NCBI RefSeq assembly: GCF_000142905.1
Contig: NW_013657669.1
Location: 496,001 to 560,000 of the forward strand
Origin: Thecamonas trahens ATCC 50062
Lineage: Eukaryota > Protista > Apusomonadida
DNA: 64,000 nucleotides
Reading direction: 5' to 3'
Shown: in pieces, positions 1 to 12,900 of the stretch
Layout of the letters: each line of letters opens with the position of its first letter
Numbering within the stretch: position 1 is the stretch's first letter
The notes under the pieces: model-generated
Told to the model about the DNA's origin: nothing
The model's database searches: none
Seen by the model: the letters and a program-made list of their open reading frames with translations, nothing else
Position numbers and translations under genes: made by a program

Positions 1-771
1 GGACGCCGTCGATGTTGCCGGCCTGCACGTCGGCGATGAACGCGGCCTCGGACTGCTTCATGCGGTCGTCGTGCGGCGAGTCGCCAAACTTGGCCAGCTT
101 CTCCTTGGCCTTTTGCAGCAGCCGCGCCACGTCCTTGGACGGCGATGCCGACCCTGTCGCACCGTGGAGAGCGATGGCCTGCTCAAAGGCGGTCACCGCC
201 TCGGCGTACCGCTCCATCCGCAGCAGGGCCTGTCCAGCGCGCACATGCGGGCGGTACCACTCTGACCGCAGCTCGGCCGCGCGCTTGGCGTCATCCAGCG
301 CATCCTCGAGATGGTTTGTCTTCAGATTGCACATCGATCGGTTCGAGTACAGCACCGCCGCTTCGTCATTGATCTGGATTGCTATCTCAGAAAGGCCACG
401 GGTGAGTCTGCAAACCGTAAATCCTCCCAGAGGAGAGCAACGTATCGCCTCAAGCGCATCACTAGCTTCAGGCGAGGGCCGTGCATGTTGATAGGCGTGT
501 GGTGAAGCGAGCTGATACCGGCTGCGTGACAACGCTTCAACTTGGGCTGAGCGAGTTGCGCCAGCGGGCGACCGATGGCCGGCGTGGGCAAGGGCTGGCG
601 ATGGAGAGGAGGTTATGGATATGACGTACCTTCTGTGTACAGCTTCTTTGCTTCATAGTACTTGCCCTGCACATACAGCTCGCCAGCCTCGGTCTTGAGG
701 CGGAGCGCGTCCCCGGTGAGGTCGGCGTCCAGCGGACGAGCCGTGGATGGGCTACGCGACGGCGACGGCAT
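1..771 (-). CDS. TPR-repeat protein, 3' partial (runs off window start); exons <1-381 and 630-771+, start codon uncertain
   Basis: Splicing GTACGT (629) to TAG (382) joins ALRLKTEAGELYVQGKYYEAKKLYTE to AIQINDEAAVLYSNRSMCNLKTNHLEDALDDAKRAAELRSEWYRPHVRAGQALLRMERYAEAVTAFEQAIAL, a typical triple-TPR unit. Confidence 0.8.
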
Positions 772-1570
772 GTTGGTTAGTCGAGTGGTGGGCGCTGCGA
801 TTGGTGCTGGCGGCTCAATTGCGGGGCCCTCGCGAGCATAGCGTCCATCGTCAAGCCTGGTGTGGGTAGCAGGCTGTGATGAACGATGTGGCTCAGATGG
901 GGTCATGATCGGGTGGGAATCGGTGGGTAAGGCCGGCAAGGGAGCACCTGGTGGTCACGATCCGGCCGAGTGGAGGTGGCTGGCTGGTCTAGACAAGCGC
1001 GTGCCAACAGGGTCGACATGGCAGTCCATGCTGCGGATGGTGCTCGCTGGGACGCGCCCGTGCTGCTGATTTGCCACCTGCGCCGAGGGCGCGCTTAACA
1101 ATCTCGATCCGGCCGTCGGCGACGATGAGACCACCGCCATCGACGCTCTCCGCCCCGATGCATCCTTGTGGTCGTCTGGAGCCGCACGGTCCGAGTAGCT
1201 CGACATGAGCAACACGTCCATCCGCGAGCTCTCCGCCTCTATTCCAATGATGTCCTCGACAATGACCTCGTCCTGATGGCAGTCAACCCGAGCGTGTGGT
1301 GAGGTAGAGTACCAAGGATCTGAAAGTTTTTCATGGAGTGTCTTTCCCATGCCGGTCATCATTGCGGCATGGTCAACAAACGGCGGTTCACTGCGTGCGG
1401 GTGACTGGGTCGGAGAGACGGGGGGAGGGGGGGGCCGTGACCAGGACCACGAGCAGAACCAATCGGACGGGGGAAGGGCACCACCTTACTCTGGTCATCC
1501 CCCTCGCCCCCTCCACCCACATACACTACCAACCACTTTCCGCTCTGTGACAAGCGTACCATACCATACC

Positions 1571-3107
1571 ATGTCCCTCCCTGCACCGCAAGGAAGTATC
1601 TGTCTAGTGGCTGGCTCGGCCATTCCCGACTTGGCTCAGGCCATTTCTGACTACATCAATGTCCCGCTGCTCGATTGTGTGGTGGGGCGCTTCAAGTACG
1701 TGGAGTGGACGAGGAATGGCATGGGGAGAGGGAAGGGGGGGGGGGGGGGGGGGATAGTGTGGGTTGATGCTGATGAACCACCGCACACGGGCTGCATACC
1801 TGCTGATCTGGACTACCGCACACGGGCTGCATACCTGCTGATCTGGACTACCGCACACGGGCTGCATACCTGCTGATCTGGACCACCGCACACGGGCTGC
1901 ATACCTGCTGATCTGGACTACCGCACACGGGCTGCATACCTGATGATCTGGACCACCGCACACGGGCTGCATACCTGCTGATCTGGACCACCGCACACGG
2001 GCTGCATACTTGCTGATCTGGACCACCGCACGGGTTGCTTATTTGTTCGGCCACGGACCAACTTCATCACCACACTCACTCGCACACCTCTCTCTCTCTC
2101 TCAGTGACGGCGAGATCAGCATCGAGATCCGCGACAACGTGCGGAACAACCACGTGTTCATCATTCAGTCGACGTGCGCCAACGTCAACGACACGACGAT
2201 CGAGCTGCTGCTGATGGCGCGGACGTTCGTGCGGGCCAATGCCCAGCAGATCACCGTCGTCATCCCGTACATTGGATACTCGCGGCAAGACACTGGTGCG
2301 ACAAACAACGTGGCAACGGTGGCCGGCGCCGACGTGGTCATGCTCCTGCAGGCCGCAGGTGTCACAGACATCATCTCGCTCAACTTGCATTCGGACCAGA
2401 TCGGCGGCTTCTTCTCTGGCTCGGTCGACAACCTCAAGCCATGGCTTGTTTTTGTCGAGCCCATCCTGAAGCTGGCGGTGTCCGAGATGGACGATGGTGC
2501 CGCCATCACCCTCGTCGCCCCGTCGGCCAAGGCCGTCCCGCGCGTCCAGGAGGTACGTGCCAAGCTCCTCGAGGCCGGTCTCGACACCAATCTCGCTGTC
2601 ATCATTCGCGACGTGACCCCGCTCCAGTCCGTGCCCGACGCCAGCCTCACGGCCGAGGCCCTCATCCAGACCAAAGCCAAGCTCTCGCGGACCATGGTGG
2701 GCGAGGAGTACGTCGTTGACGCCCACTGCATCATGATCGACGACATCGCCTTCTCTGGCAACACTCTGTTTGGCACCGTCGAGTGCCTCGACGCTGCAGG
2801 CGCGCGCTCAGTCCGCGCCTTTGTTACCCACCCAGTCTTCTCCCAGCCAACTTGCATGGCTACCATCGCCGCCCTCGACCCGCTCGTTGCCCTCTACGTC
2901 ACAGACTCGATCCCGCTCTCCTCCCGCGACGACGTGCCCGACAAGGTCCACGTCGTCACCACCGCAGAGATCTTTGGCGAGGCCATCATCCGCACTTACT
3001 CCTCCGAGGTCCTCCCCAACAATATCTCGTCCCGCGACATACTCGATCTCTCCTCATCTTCACTCACCGCCTCGCCGCGCCGTCGCCGCTTTCACCTCAA
3101 CCAGTGA
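1571..3107 (+). CDS. Ribose-phosphate pyrophosphokinase (PRPP synthetase) family protein, divergent; exons 1571-1695, 2105-3107
   Basis: Spliced product reads ...GRFN|DGEISIEIRDNVRNNHVFIIQS...VIPYIGYSRQD...LHSDQIGGFF...IDDIAFSGNTL...FVTHPVFS...VTDSIP. Intron GTACGT...TCAG. Confidence 0.9.
1780..2032 (+). repeat. 35-bp minisatellite (ACCGCACACGGGCTGCATACCTGCTGATCTGGACY) x7 plus a partial copy, inside the PRPS intron
   Basis: Units recur at 1781, 1816, 1851, 1886, 1921, 1956, 1991, 2026 with no spacers. Confidence 0.95.
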
Positions 3108-3237
3108 CATGACCGGCAAATGCGAGGTTTTTCACTCGTTTGCGACAGCTCCGGTTTCGGCACGTGCATCCCTTGTGGTGGAGTCGTTCCCTTCCCCCGC
3201 TCCGTCACCCCCGCACACCACACTACAAACAATAACA

Positions 3238-4226
3238 TGGCCGCATTCCTCCGCAAGGCTGCCAGCGTCCTTGACAAGGCTGAAGATGCTATCAAGCATG
3301 TTCTAGGGAAGGATGATGAGCCGCCAAAGCAGGGTACGCTGTCTTTACCCCCCCCACACACACACACACACAAACACACACCCGGGAAGTTCTCATTTTT
3401 GCTCCACTGCAATGATCCAGCTTCACCTCCTTCTCGAACCTGTTTTTCACTGTATTTCGCAGATACGGAGGGAGTTGGCTGCTCTGAACAATTTAATATG
3501 TTGGGGACCACAAGAACTCACCCACACTTGCTGCTGCCCTCGATAGACGTCGCCCAGCCGGCACCCGGATCTCCGGCGCCACCTCCCTACACCGGGCCCC
3601 CTGGCGCATCGCCGCCTGCCGCTACTGACTCGCGGCTCACATGCTGCTCCGACGATGTGCCGGCGGATTTCAACAAGCTCGGCTCGTGCTTCTCGTGCTC
3701 GGCGTGCAAGAACGTGTACCAGGTCTCCAAGAGCCGCCGTCGGTTCCACTGCAAGGTCTGCGATGACTTTGACTTTTGCCACACCTGCATCCATCGCATC
3801 CCGCACGATACCTCCCATGGCTTTGTCATGCTGAGCCCGGACAAGGCGTACCAGCTGCCGATCGTGTACCCGCCGGCAAACTTTGTCGATATGTCTGGTG
3901 TCGACGCTGCCTCGGCCTCGGCCTCGGCCGACGAGGTGACGTCGAGCCCGGGCATGGCCGGCTTTGACGCCTTCCTTGCCTCGGTCAAGGCCGAGTCATT
4001 CTCCAGCGGCAAGATCTCCAAGATCGAGATGGTGGCCAAGAACAACATGTTCAACGCAACGCAGGCCGGCCTCCTCCTTGACGCCATGGACTTTGACAAG
4101 GACAAGATCACCGTCGCTGTTCTGCTCTACCCGCAGCTGACCAACCAGGCCAACTTTTACCAGGTCCTCGACCACCTCGACTTTTCGTCGTCCAAGGACG
4201 AGGTCCGCAACCAGCTTGGACTGTAA
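3238..4226 (+). CDS. ZZ-type zinc finger plus C-terminal DUF4476-like domain protein; probable intron 3334-3546
   Basis: CSAC...RFHCKVCDDFDFCHTC...H...H is ZZ-type. C-terminus FLASVKAESFSSGK...DFDKDKITVAVLLYPQLTNQANFYQVLDHLDFSSSKDEV resembles DUF4476. In-frame GTACGC...GATAG intron. Confidence 0.75.
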
Positions 4227-4231
4227 ACAAC

Positions 4232-7200
4232 TCACCGCCGCGTTGCAGAAAGCCGCGCATTCTCCTCGTTGAGCATCTCGACTTCGGCACACAGCCTCCG
4301 CACACGATCCTTCCACTTGCCCACAATTTGCTCGGTCCGCGACGCGAGGGCGGTCTTGATCCGATCCACCTCACGCTCGTGCCGCACTTCGCGGGCGTCG
4401 AGCTCGTCCAGCCGCCGCCGGACTGCCGCCACCAGCTCGGAGCTGAGCTCGTGGCGCGCCCGAATGCCGAGCCACGAGCAGAGCTCGCGGGCCAGCGCGT
4501 CGACGTGCTCGCTCACCTCGGACGCCACCGCCGCCATCGTCGACGACGCATCCAGCTGCGCCTCGTCGAGCCGCAGCCGAGTGTACAGCTCCCGGATGTG
4601 TGCCCGCGCCACAGAGACGAGCGACGCGAGTCGGATCCCCATCTCGGGACTCACACCACCCGCCCGTGACAAGTCCGCCAACACACTCACGTCTTCGATT
4701 CCGAGCTCCTGAACCACCATCGAAACCATGTCCAGCAGGGCGGCAAACGCCGCCGACGCAGACGGCGGCGATGCGTGCCGGATTGGCGACGGTGACCGCA
4801 GCCGCGCGCTCGACGCCAGCCGCGCCTCAAAGGCCGCGGTGGCATCGGCAAGCCTTGCCTCGTGCTTGGCCTGAACACTTGCCAGCTTTTCATCAAAGTG
4901 TCTCTTCAGCTCGGTCTCTCGTTTGCGGGCATCGTCGAGCTCACTCTCGCTCCGAGCAGCTCGCCGCTTTGCCACCGCGGCCTCGTCGAGCGCAGCCTCG
5001 GCCGCCGCAGCCGCCCGCCGCGCCTCGCGCCGCGCGGCGTCCAGGGCCTCGCGACTCTCCGCTAGCTGACCTGATGTCGCGTCCAGTCGTACCTGCAGTG
5101 TCTCAGCCTCAGTCTGTGTTGCTGCCAGCGACTGCACCCTGGTCTGCGACTTTGCAAACCGCGCCTCGAGCTCCTCGCGGTCGGCCTCGGCCTGTGCAAC
5201 AAGCTCCGATAGCTCAACTTGCGACAGCGATGCCGCTCGTGCAGCTTCGCGCAGCTCGCGGGCCTCGGCCTGTGCGTCTGCCACTTGCATTTCCAGCAGT
5301 GACCTCTCCGACGCGAGCTCCCGCCGCAGCGCGTCGAGCTCATCACGCGCCGTTCGCGCGGCGGCCTCGGCCGACTCGCGGCTCTTCGCCAGCTCGCCCG
5401 TCAACTCGAGCTCACGCTCTCGAGCGGTGGCCAAGCCAGAACGAAGTGACGCAATCTCATCGTTGAGTGTCTGCACCGTCTTGTTCGACTCGCGCACGTA
5501 CTCAGAATGCTTGGCCTCGAGCGCGTCGGCCACCCGCTCGACCTGCGCCACCCGCTCAATCGCCGATGCTTCGCCTGCTGCGGCTGCAGCAGCCTTGGCT
5601 TTGGCGTCAGCTGCTGTCACCTCTGCTGCTTCCGCCGCAGCCTTGAACTCTTCTGCCTCGCGTCTTGCCGCTGCTGCTTTCGTCTTGGCCTCGGCTGCTG
5701 CAACCTCGGCCTCTCGCGCTCGAGTGATCGCCTGCGTCTCGGCCGCGCGTGCCGCCTCGGCCTCGGCCACCGCCGCTTCGGCTCGGGTGCTTGCTGCCGC
5801 AGCGTCCGACTGTGCCGCCGCCGCCACCACTGCCTCACTCTGGGCAACCTCTTCTGCCGCGCTCGCGGCGTTCCGCGCCACAACGCCAGCCTCTTCGGCG
5901 GCAGTCGCCCGCGCCTCGGCTTCCGACGCCCGTGCCTCGGCTTTCGACGCCCGCGCCTCGGCTTCCGACGCCCGCGCCTCAGCTCCATCCGCCCGCGTCT
6001 CAGCTTCCGCTGCCCGCGTCTCGGCTTTTGCCGCTCGCTCCTCGGCCTCCGCCGACTCAGCCTCGGCATCTGCTGCTCTTGCCTCGGCATCTGCTGCTCT
6101 TGCCTCGGCTGCAGTAGCAGTCTGACGGGCAGCGGCAGCGTCTGCCAGCGCCGCATCAAGTCGCGAACCCGCAGCGTCGGCACGGCCGCCAGCGCCATCA
6201 GCCCGGCTCTCAGCAGCGCGCGCACGCTCTTCAGTCTCGGCCAGCACACGCTCGAGGTTAGCCAAGGCGCGCTCGCTGCTCTCAAGCGTCGCGTTGACAC
6301 CGCGCAGCTCGCCCTCGAGCTCGCGGATGCGATCGTTGCTCGCAGCAGCAGCCTGCCGGGCATCGGCAGCCAGGCCTCGGGCCTCGGCCAGCGCTGCGTC
6401 GGCGGCATCGGCCCGGGCCTCGGCCTTGGCCAGTGCCGCCTTGAGCTCGGCCACAGCCTCGCCGGTCGACTGGACAATGCTCACTTTTTCCCGCGAAAAG
6501 TTCTGCTCCAACGCCGCGAGCTCCGAGTTGGCCTTTTCCAGCACCGAGGCTAGCCGCGACCGCTCCAACTGGCCATCGTCAACCCGCGTCTTGAACGCCG
6601 CCAGCTCAGATTGTGTAGTACCAAGCTCGATCCGCAGCTCGTCGACCTTGGCTTGCAGCACATCGGCACGGGCACCAGCCGCGCGCCGCTCCGCATCAGC
6701 CTCGGTCACGCTGGCGTCGAGGCGGTCGCGCTCGGCGCTCAGCGCCTTGACCTCGGCCGCAAGTACCGCATTGCTCGTCCGCGTCTCAGCAAGAGCGGCG
6801 TCGACCTCGGTCGTCTTTTGACGGCTCGACTCGAGCTCAGCTTGCGCCGCCGCAAGTGCGTCGCTGGCCTCGGCTCGAGCACGCTCCAAATCGGCAAGCT
6901 CGTCGGCGAGCTCGTCCGCGAGCGCAGCAGCACTAGCAGCAGCCGCCGCTGCTGTCGCGCGCTCGGTTGCAAGCATGCCGGCGAGCTCCTTGATGGCGGC
7001 TTCGGCCTCGGCCTCAGCTTGCCTCACCTCGTCGGCAACGTCGGCACGGAGCGCATGGAGTGCATGCTGGAGCGGCTCAACCTGCAGCTCCAGGACCGAG
7101 GCAGCAGCACGGGCGATGCTGCCGGAGGCACTACGAGCCGAGTCGAGCGCAGTCATGGCATCGACACGGAGCGAGAGCAGGATGCGTGGGAGGTCTTCGA

Positions 7201-9108
7201 GCGTCGTCAGCTCGCCGAGCTCGTCATCGGTATCAAGAATACTGACCAGTGCGTCGACATGCTCGGCACAGTCAGCCAGAACGGTCGACGTCCGGGCGCT
7301 GGACGAGTTAGCGGCGGCCTGGGTTTGGAACAGCGAGTCCTCGAGCGCAGCAGCGTGTGCGCTCAGGTGCTGGTTCTCGTCGCGGAGCTCGTCCAGTCCC
7401 TGCAGTGTGGCATCGAGCTTTGATCGTACTTCCTTGTGCTGCTTGTCGAGCGCGCCGTAGAGGTTGGCAAGCGAGTCATAGTCGTCTGCCAGCTTGGCGT
7501 GCGCGCTCTTGAGCTCGGCCACGCTGTCGCGGGCTTCGCGCAGCTCGCGGTTCCTGGCGTCCAGTTGCTCAGCGGCGTCGGCACGACTCGCGTTGGCGGC
7601 CTCGGCTGCGGCGTGCGCAGCGTCGACTGCAGCCGTGAGCTCGGAGATGCGGGCATCGGCTGCGGCGGTGGCAGCCTCGAGGGCGCATCGAGCATCGTCT
7701 TGGACCTGGGTCACCAGCGCAGTCGTCTCCTCAATGCACTTGGCCTCAAGCGACGAAAGCTTGGACTCGAGGCGAGCCTGGTGGTCAGCGCGGGAGATGA
7801 ACTGGGTCGTCGAGAGCGCCGAGAGCGTTTGCGAGAGCGCAACAAGCTGTGCTTGCTGCTCGCGCTGGGCCGCGCTCAACTGCTGAGTTTCTGGTGCAGT
7901 GGCAGAGAGCGATGACTTGACAGAGTTGAGCTGCTCCAAAAGAAGGGTGTGCGACTCGGCAACTTGTCCGGTGAGGCGGGCCTCGAGCTGCGAGACGAGC
8001 ATGGACTCGTTCGCGCCGGACCGGCTGCGTCGAGCTGGACCTGCAAATGCGAGTTGGTCGACTCGAGGTCAGCGATTCGGCGGTCTAGGAGCGCGATGCG
8101 ATCGGTGAGCATCCGCGACGACTGCGCGCCGTCGAGCCGCGCCTCGTCGAGCCGCGCCTGCAACCGCGCGTTCTGTGCACGGAGCGCCGAGTTCGACTCT
8201 TCTTCCTCCTCCTCCAACCGGATCAGCTGGGCAATTTTGTCCCCGAGTGCAGTGTACTTTGTCTGCAGTGCAGCGTGCGCTCCACGGGTCTCGTTGAGTT
8301 CGGCCTCGAGTGCTGCGATGCGGGCGCCCATGGCTGCGGTCTGTGCCACGGAAACTGGCGATTCGGCTGGCATCGGCTTGCTAGACCTGCCAGCGGCGTC
8401 TTCTAACGGCGAACCAACCGACGCCAGCGTGGCCGAAACCAGTGACTGCAGCTCAAGAGCCTGGACCTGCGTCGGATTGAGCCCGAGGTCAAGGCCCGAT
8501 GCAAACGAGGCCGATGCGCCGAGCGCACGCGCGCCAGTCGCCTTGAGCGCGCTCAGTACATGTCGGAGAGTCTCATGCATCTGCCCGTGCTCTGCACTCA
8601 GTGCCTCGAGCTGGGCCGTTGCCGCCGCCGCCGCGGCTGCCTTCTCGTGCAAGTCTGCGGCCGAGGCGGTGTGCTCTGCGCGGAGCTCCGCCAGCTCATG
8701 CATCAAACTCTGGATGTACATCTCCTTCTCCGAGACCAGAGCCGAGCGAACCGACTGGACGACATAATCAGCAATGTGGCGAGCAGACTCTGCGTCTCCA
8801 CGCATAGCATCAGCAACGCCATCGGAAGCCACCGCCACGCACGTCCGCTCCACCACGTCGGCCAGGGCCTCCAGCCTGGAGGCGTACTGAGTCTTGAGCT
8901 GAGTAAACCGCTGCATAAACTGGTCAGGTCCCATACCCCCCCCCTCCGCGAGCCCACCTCTCTCCATCTCGGCCCGCTTTCTGTATGCCTCGTCGGTCGG
9001 GTGTTGCCCTTCCCCGCACTGTCGCTCCTGCTCGCTGCCAGCGGCGGTTTGGCCCCAGCTGGTCGAGCGCGCCAAACTTGCCGCACCCGACAGCCGATGA
9101 CCAGCCAT
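4232..9108 (-). CDS. Large Ala/Glu-rich coiled-coil protein (~1600 aa), broken by a 1-nt frameshift near 8020
   Basis: Overlapping ORFs 7876-9288 and 4232-8002 both have heptad coiled-coil composition. Adding one C (GCC CGG TCC GGC GCG AAC GAG TCC ATG) joins them. Confidence 0.75.
5905..6112 (-). repeat. 21-bp coding tandem repeat encoding AEARA(S/A)(E/D/K) heptads
   Basis: Repeated GCCGAGGCGCGGGCGTCGGAA-like units in the coiled-coil CDS. Confidence 0.8.
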
Positions 9109-9609
9109 CGGCCGGGAGTGACTGACACCAGTGGGATGAGGGGGTGACGTAGAGGGAAAGTTGGGTAGAAAGGGGGGGGGGGGAGGGGAGGGGAGGAGGA
9201 GTGAGAGGGAGGGATCGATAGCGTGGAGAAGGTAGGTGATGATCAACGCTGTGGTCGATTGATCAAAGGAGCATGGTGACGCACACATGGGAGTAACCCA
9301 ATGTCCGATCAGACAGCATACGAAAGATCAAAGTATGGTTTGATATACGCTCGAGAGCAAAGAGGGAGGAGAGCATGCGTGGCCAGCTTGCTAAAAGCCA
9401 ACCATTGACTGACCTGCCCAGCACAAGGGCCGAAACCACCAGCCGACAGCCGACAGCCGACAGCCGACAGCCGACCAGCAACCAACGTGAGGCACGGGCA
9501 GTTACTCGTCCCGACTCAACACACATGGCACTCATTAGCAAGAGCCGAGGATGGACGGTCGAGTCTACAGAGTCCAATGCGGGTATGGTTGCAAAAGGGG
9601 GGGGGGGCT

Positions 9610-9988
9610 NNNNNNNNNNNNNNNNNNNNNNNNNNNNNNNNNNNNNNNNNNNNNNNNNNNNNNNNNNNNNNNNNNNNNNNNNNNNNNNNNNNNNNNNNNN
9701 NNNNNNNNNNNNNNNNNNNNNNNNNNNNNNNNNNNNNNNNNNNNNNNNNNNNNNNNNNNNNNNNNNNNNNNNNNNNNNNNNNNNNNNNNNNNNNNNNNNN
9801 NNNNNNNNNNNNNNNNNNNNNNNNNNNNNNNNNNNNNNNNNNNNNNNNNNNNNNNNNNNNNNNNNNNNNNNNNNNNNNNNNNNNNNNNNNNNNNNNNNNN
9901 NNNNNNNNNNNNNNNNNNNNNNNNNNNNNNNNNNNNNNNNNNNNNNNNNNNNNNNNNNNNNNNNNNNNNNNNNNNNNNNNNNNNNNNN
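9610..9988. other. Assembly gap (N run)
   Basis: Run of N. Confidence 1.
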
Positions 9989-12900
9989 GGGGGGCGTTGG
10001 TCGGGTGGGGGCTCGGGGTGGGAATAGAGCTTGGAGGAGCGTATTACAAGCCTGTGCTGGAAGACCCGGCCGATGACTTGAGGTGGTACGCGAGGTACTT
10101 TGTGTGCGCGGAACACTGCAACTTTGTGGGCAAGGCTGAAGGCGACAAGGGAGGACCGTTCTGTGTGTCTGTGGTGAGGGAGATGGAGAACTTTGTTCCG
10201 AGAGTGAGAGGCATCGTGTGGACGGTTCAGAGAAAGCAGCATGTCTTGTTTGAGGTCAAGAAGCACAGGGACTGGAAAAAGTCGTTGGTGGAGGTGCTCA
10301 AGGCTGCGGGTGCACACGAGCTGGCCAAGGGCGTGAAGAAGATGGTGGTGGCAAACTCGCCGACAATGCGGTCAGAGCTGATCAAGCTTGAGGAGTTTCA
10401 GACGCCAACAGCGTACAAGATTGGCGTCCTGTATGTCCGTGCGGGCCAGAGCCGCGAGGAGGAGTTCTTTGCCAACGACTGCGAGCCCGAGGTGGACACT
10501 GCGTTTGACGAGTTTCTCTCGCTCATCGGCACCCGCATCGCGCTGCAGGGGTGGAACGGATACCGTGCTGGGTTGGATGTGGAGGAAGGGGGAACGGGCG
10601 AGACGTCCGTGTTCACCTCGCTCCGCGGGTGCGACGTCATGTTCCATGTCTGCACAATGCTCCCGCACGACACTACCGGGCAGGAGGTCCAGCGGAAGCG
10701 GCAGATTGGCAATGACGTGACAGCGATTGTGTTTTGCGATGAGGGCGCCGAGTTTAATCCGGCTTCGATCGACTCGCAGTTTCTACATGTCTACGCCGTT
10801 GTCCGGCCGCTGGCGGGTAAGCCCGGAATGTACGAGCTCTCATACTGTCGGCAAGACAGCGTGCGGCCGTTTGGTCCGCTCCTCACCTCGCCACGGTTCA
10901 CGGCCAACGCCGCGTTTGTCGACTTTCTCCTCACCAAGCTCATCAACGGCGAGCGGGCGTGTCTCAAGTCTGCGCCGATCTTTGTGCACACCTACCAGCG
11001 GACGGTGCGGACGACGCTCAACACGCTGTACGAGGGCCTCAAGAACGACAAGTCGCCCGACTCGCTCGCGCCGCTGGCTGACGGAAAACTGGTGCCGACG
11101 TCGTCGTCGACAGCACTGGCGGTCGATACGGGTCCGCGCGCCGGTGTGCCGCAGCTTGAGACCTCGGACTCGATCTTTGTCTGCACCGAGCTCGCCGCCG
11201 CGCTCAAGATTGAGATTCTCTCACTGGTTGTGTGGCGCGAGTCGTTTGTGTATGCAACTGTGGACGGGCTCTTTGTGTGCGAGGCTGGCAAGGGACTTGC
11301 CAACCCACGGCTGGTGTGCAAGACCGGGCTCTCGAAGCTTGTTCTCCGCGAGGACATTGGCATTCTGATTGGCGAGCCGTGCAAAAAGGGCAAGCTCCGG
11401 TTCTGGCTCCTGGCGCAGCTGGAAAACTATGATCCAAAGACGGTGGTAGAGAACAAGGTGGCGAACACCAAGGGCCTGCATGCGTGGGAGGTTGCGCGGC
11501 CGATGTCGTCGACGTACCTTGCGGTGGGCAAGGGCAAGTCAATTCTGCTCTACAAGTGGGCCGGGCGAGTCTTTGAGCACCAGCACACGTATGCGCTCCC
11601 AGCGCGGGTCAAAGTCATGCGGTTCCTCGGAACATCGCTCATCATTGCCTTTCATCAAGAGTTCGACGAGCTCGAGCTGGAAACGTCCGAGGTGCGCGAG
11701 CTGTTTGTGCCGGACCGGTCTGTCGATCCGCTCGACGTCCTCTTTCTCGGCTTTAAGCAAGGTGACATGGTCTCGCCGCTCCAGGAGCTCCTGCTCTGCT
11801 ACGACAACAAGGGCGTGGTGGTCAATCGGTTTGGCGAGCTCTCCCGGGCATTTGACCTGCGGTGGACGGCAGCACCGTCGGCCTTTGCCTACCTCGACCC
11901 GTATGTACTTGCGGTGACGTCCAAGTACGTCGAGGTGCGGACAACACTCAATGGGACGCTGATTCAGCGACTCACCCTGTCAGAGCCGATCTCGCTCCTT
12001 TCGTTTGGCTCGTCGCTCTACGTCTCGACGGGTGTCCGCGGCGCCGATGGCATAATGTCGATCTTTGAGATCAAGCCAAACCTGGCGGTCAATTTGCTGG
12101 AGCTTGACGCCATCTCCAATGCGCTCCGCGACCGGGTCCGCTCGCCGCAATTCAAGGTGACGCGGCGGCCGACGGTTGGCAGCTCGTCGAGCCGCAATGC
12201 GACGCCGGCGTCGTCGACGTTGGCCGCCGCCGCCGCCGCGGCGGTAGCTTCGCCCGGAGCCGCCACCGTCGACGACGGCAAGGTCGAGGCTCTCCTCGCT
12301 GCCATCGACTCGGGCAAGGCGAGTGACGTAACCGAGATTGTGGAAGCAAGCGCGGATGCCGTCAGCGAACAAAGCAGCGATGGGGAGGCGAGCAGCGAGG
12401 GCGGCGCTGACGATGCTGACGACGCGCACGGGGGCGAGCCCGAGTCGACAATCTCGGATGCCGGCGTCGATCCTGCGGCGTACCTCATGCAGTCGTCGTC
12501 GTCCGACTCGGACTCTGGATTTGAGGACACGCAGGTGGTGGCGATGGAGGCGGCCGGGCCGAGCGGTTCCGACGCTGCTGACGGCGCCAACCGGGAGCGT
12601 GCGGCTGGTAGCGGCAGCGCTATCCCAACGGAGGTGGCGAACGCGGTGGCAGCGCTCCACACTGCGCTGGAGGCTGCGCGGCCGCGGTTTATGCACACAG
12701 CCGAGGCCGGGATGCTCGACGCGGCGGTCGTGGCGCTGCAGGCGACCAACTCGTGCAAGGGCCCGGGATGGGGGCCCGAGTATTTGCGCGAAGTCTTTCC
12801 GCCGCTGGTCCACATCCTTGGTCTCTTTATCGACTTTGAGGCCGCAGTGGAGATGCACGAGCAGAGCCTGGCGACAGCGACGGCGTGCAAGCTGTACGAG

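Noticed and set aside
1780-2032. CRISPR array
   Set aside because: The 35-bp units are head-to-tail with no unique spacers, there are no cas genes, and the array lies inside a spliceosomal intron.
4269-8767. Many long plus-strand ORFs overlapping the coiled-coil gene (and similar antisense ORFs throughout the window)
   Set aside because: They are shadow ORFs caused by high GC3 and repetitive Ala/Glu codons, with no recognisable motifs.
9441-9476. Heptamer repeats (AGCCGAC)n; also (CCGTCGT)n at ~46854 and (GGCAGGC)n at ~55433, as regulatory or telomeric motifs
   Set aside because: The units differ from each other and from known telomere repeats; they are consistent with ordinary slippage in an SSR-rich genome.
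9375-10317. ORFs spanning N gaps (also 20352-22893 and 61250-61747)
   Set aside because: They are open only because N translates as X.
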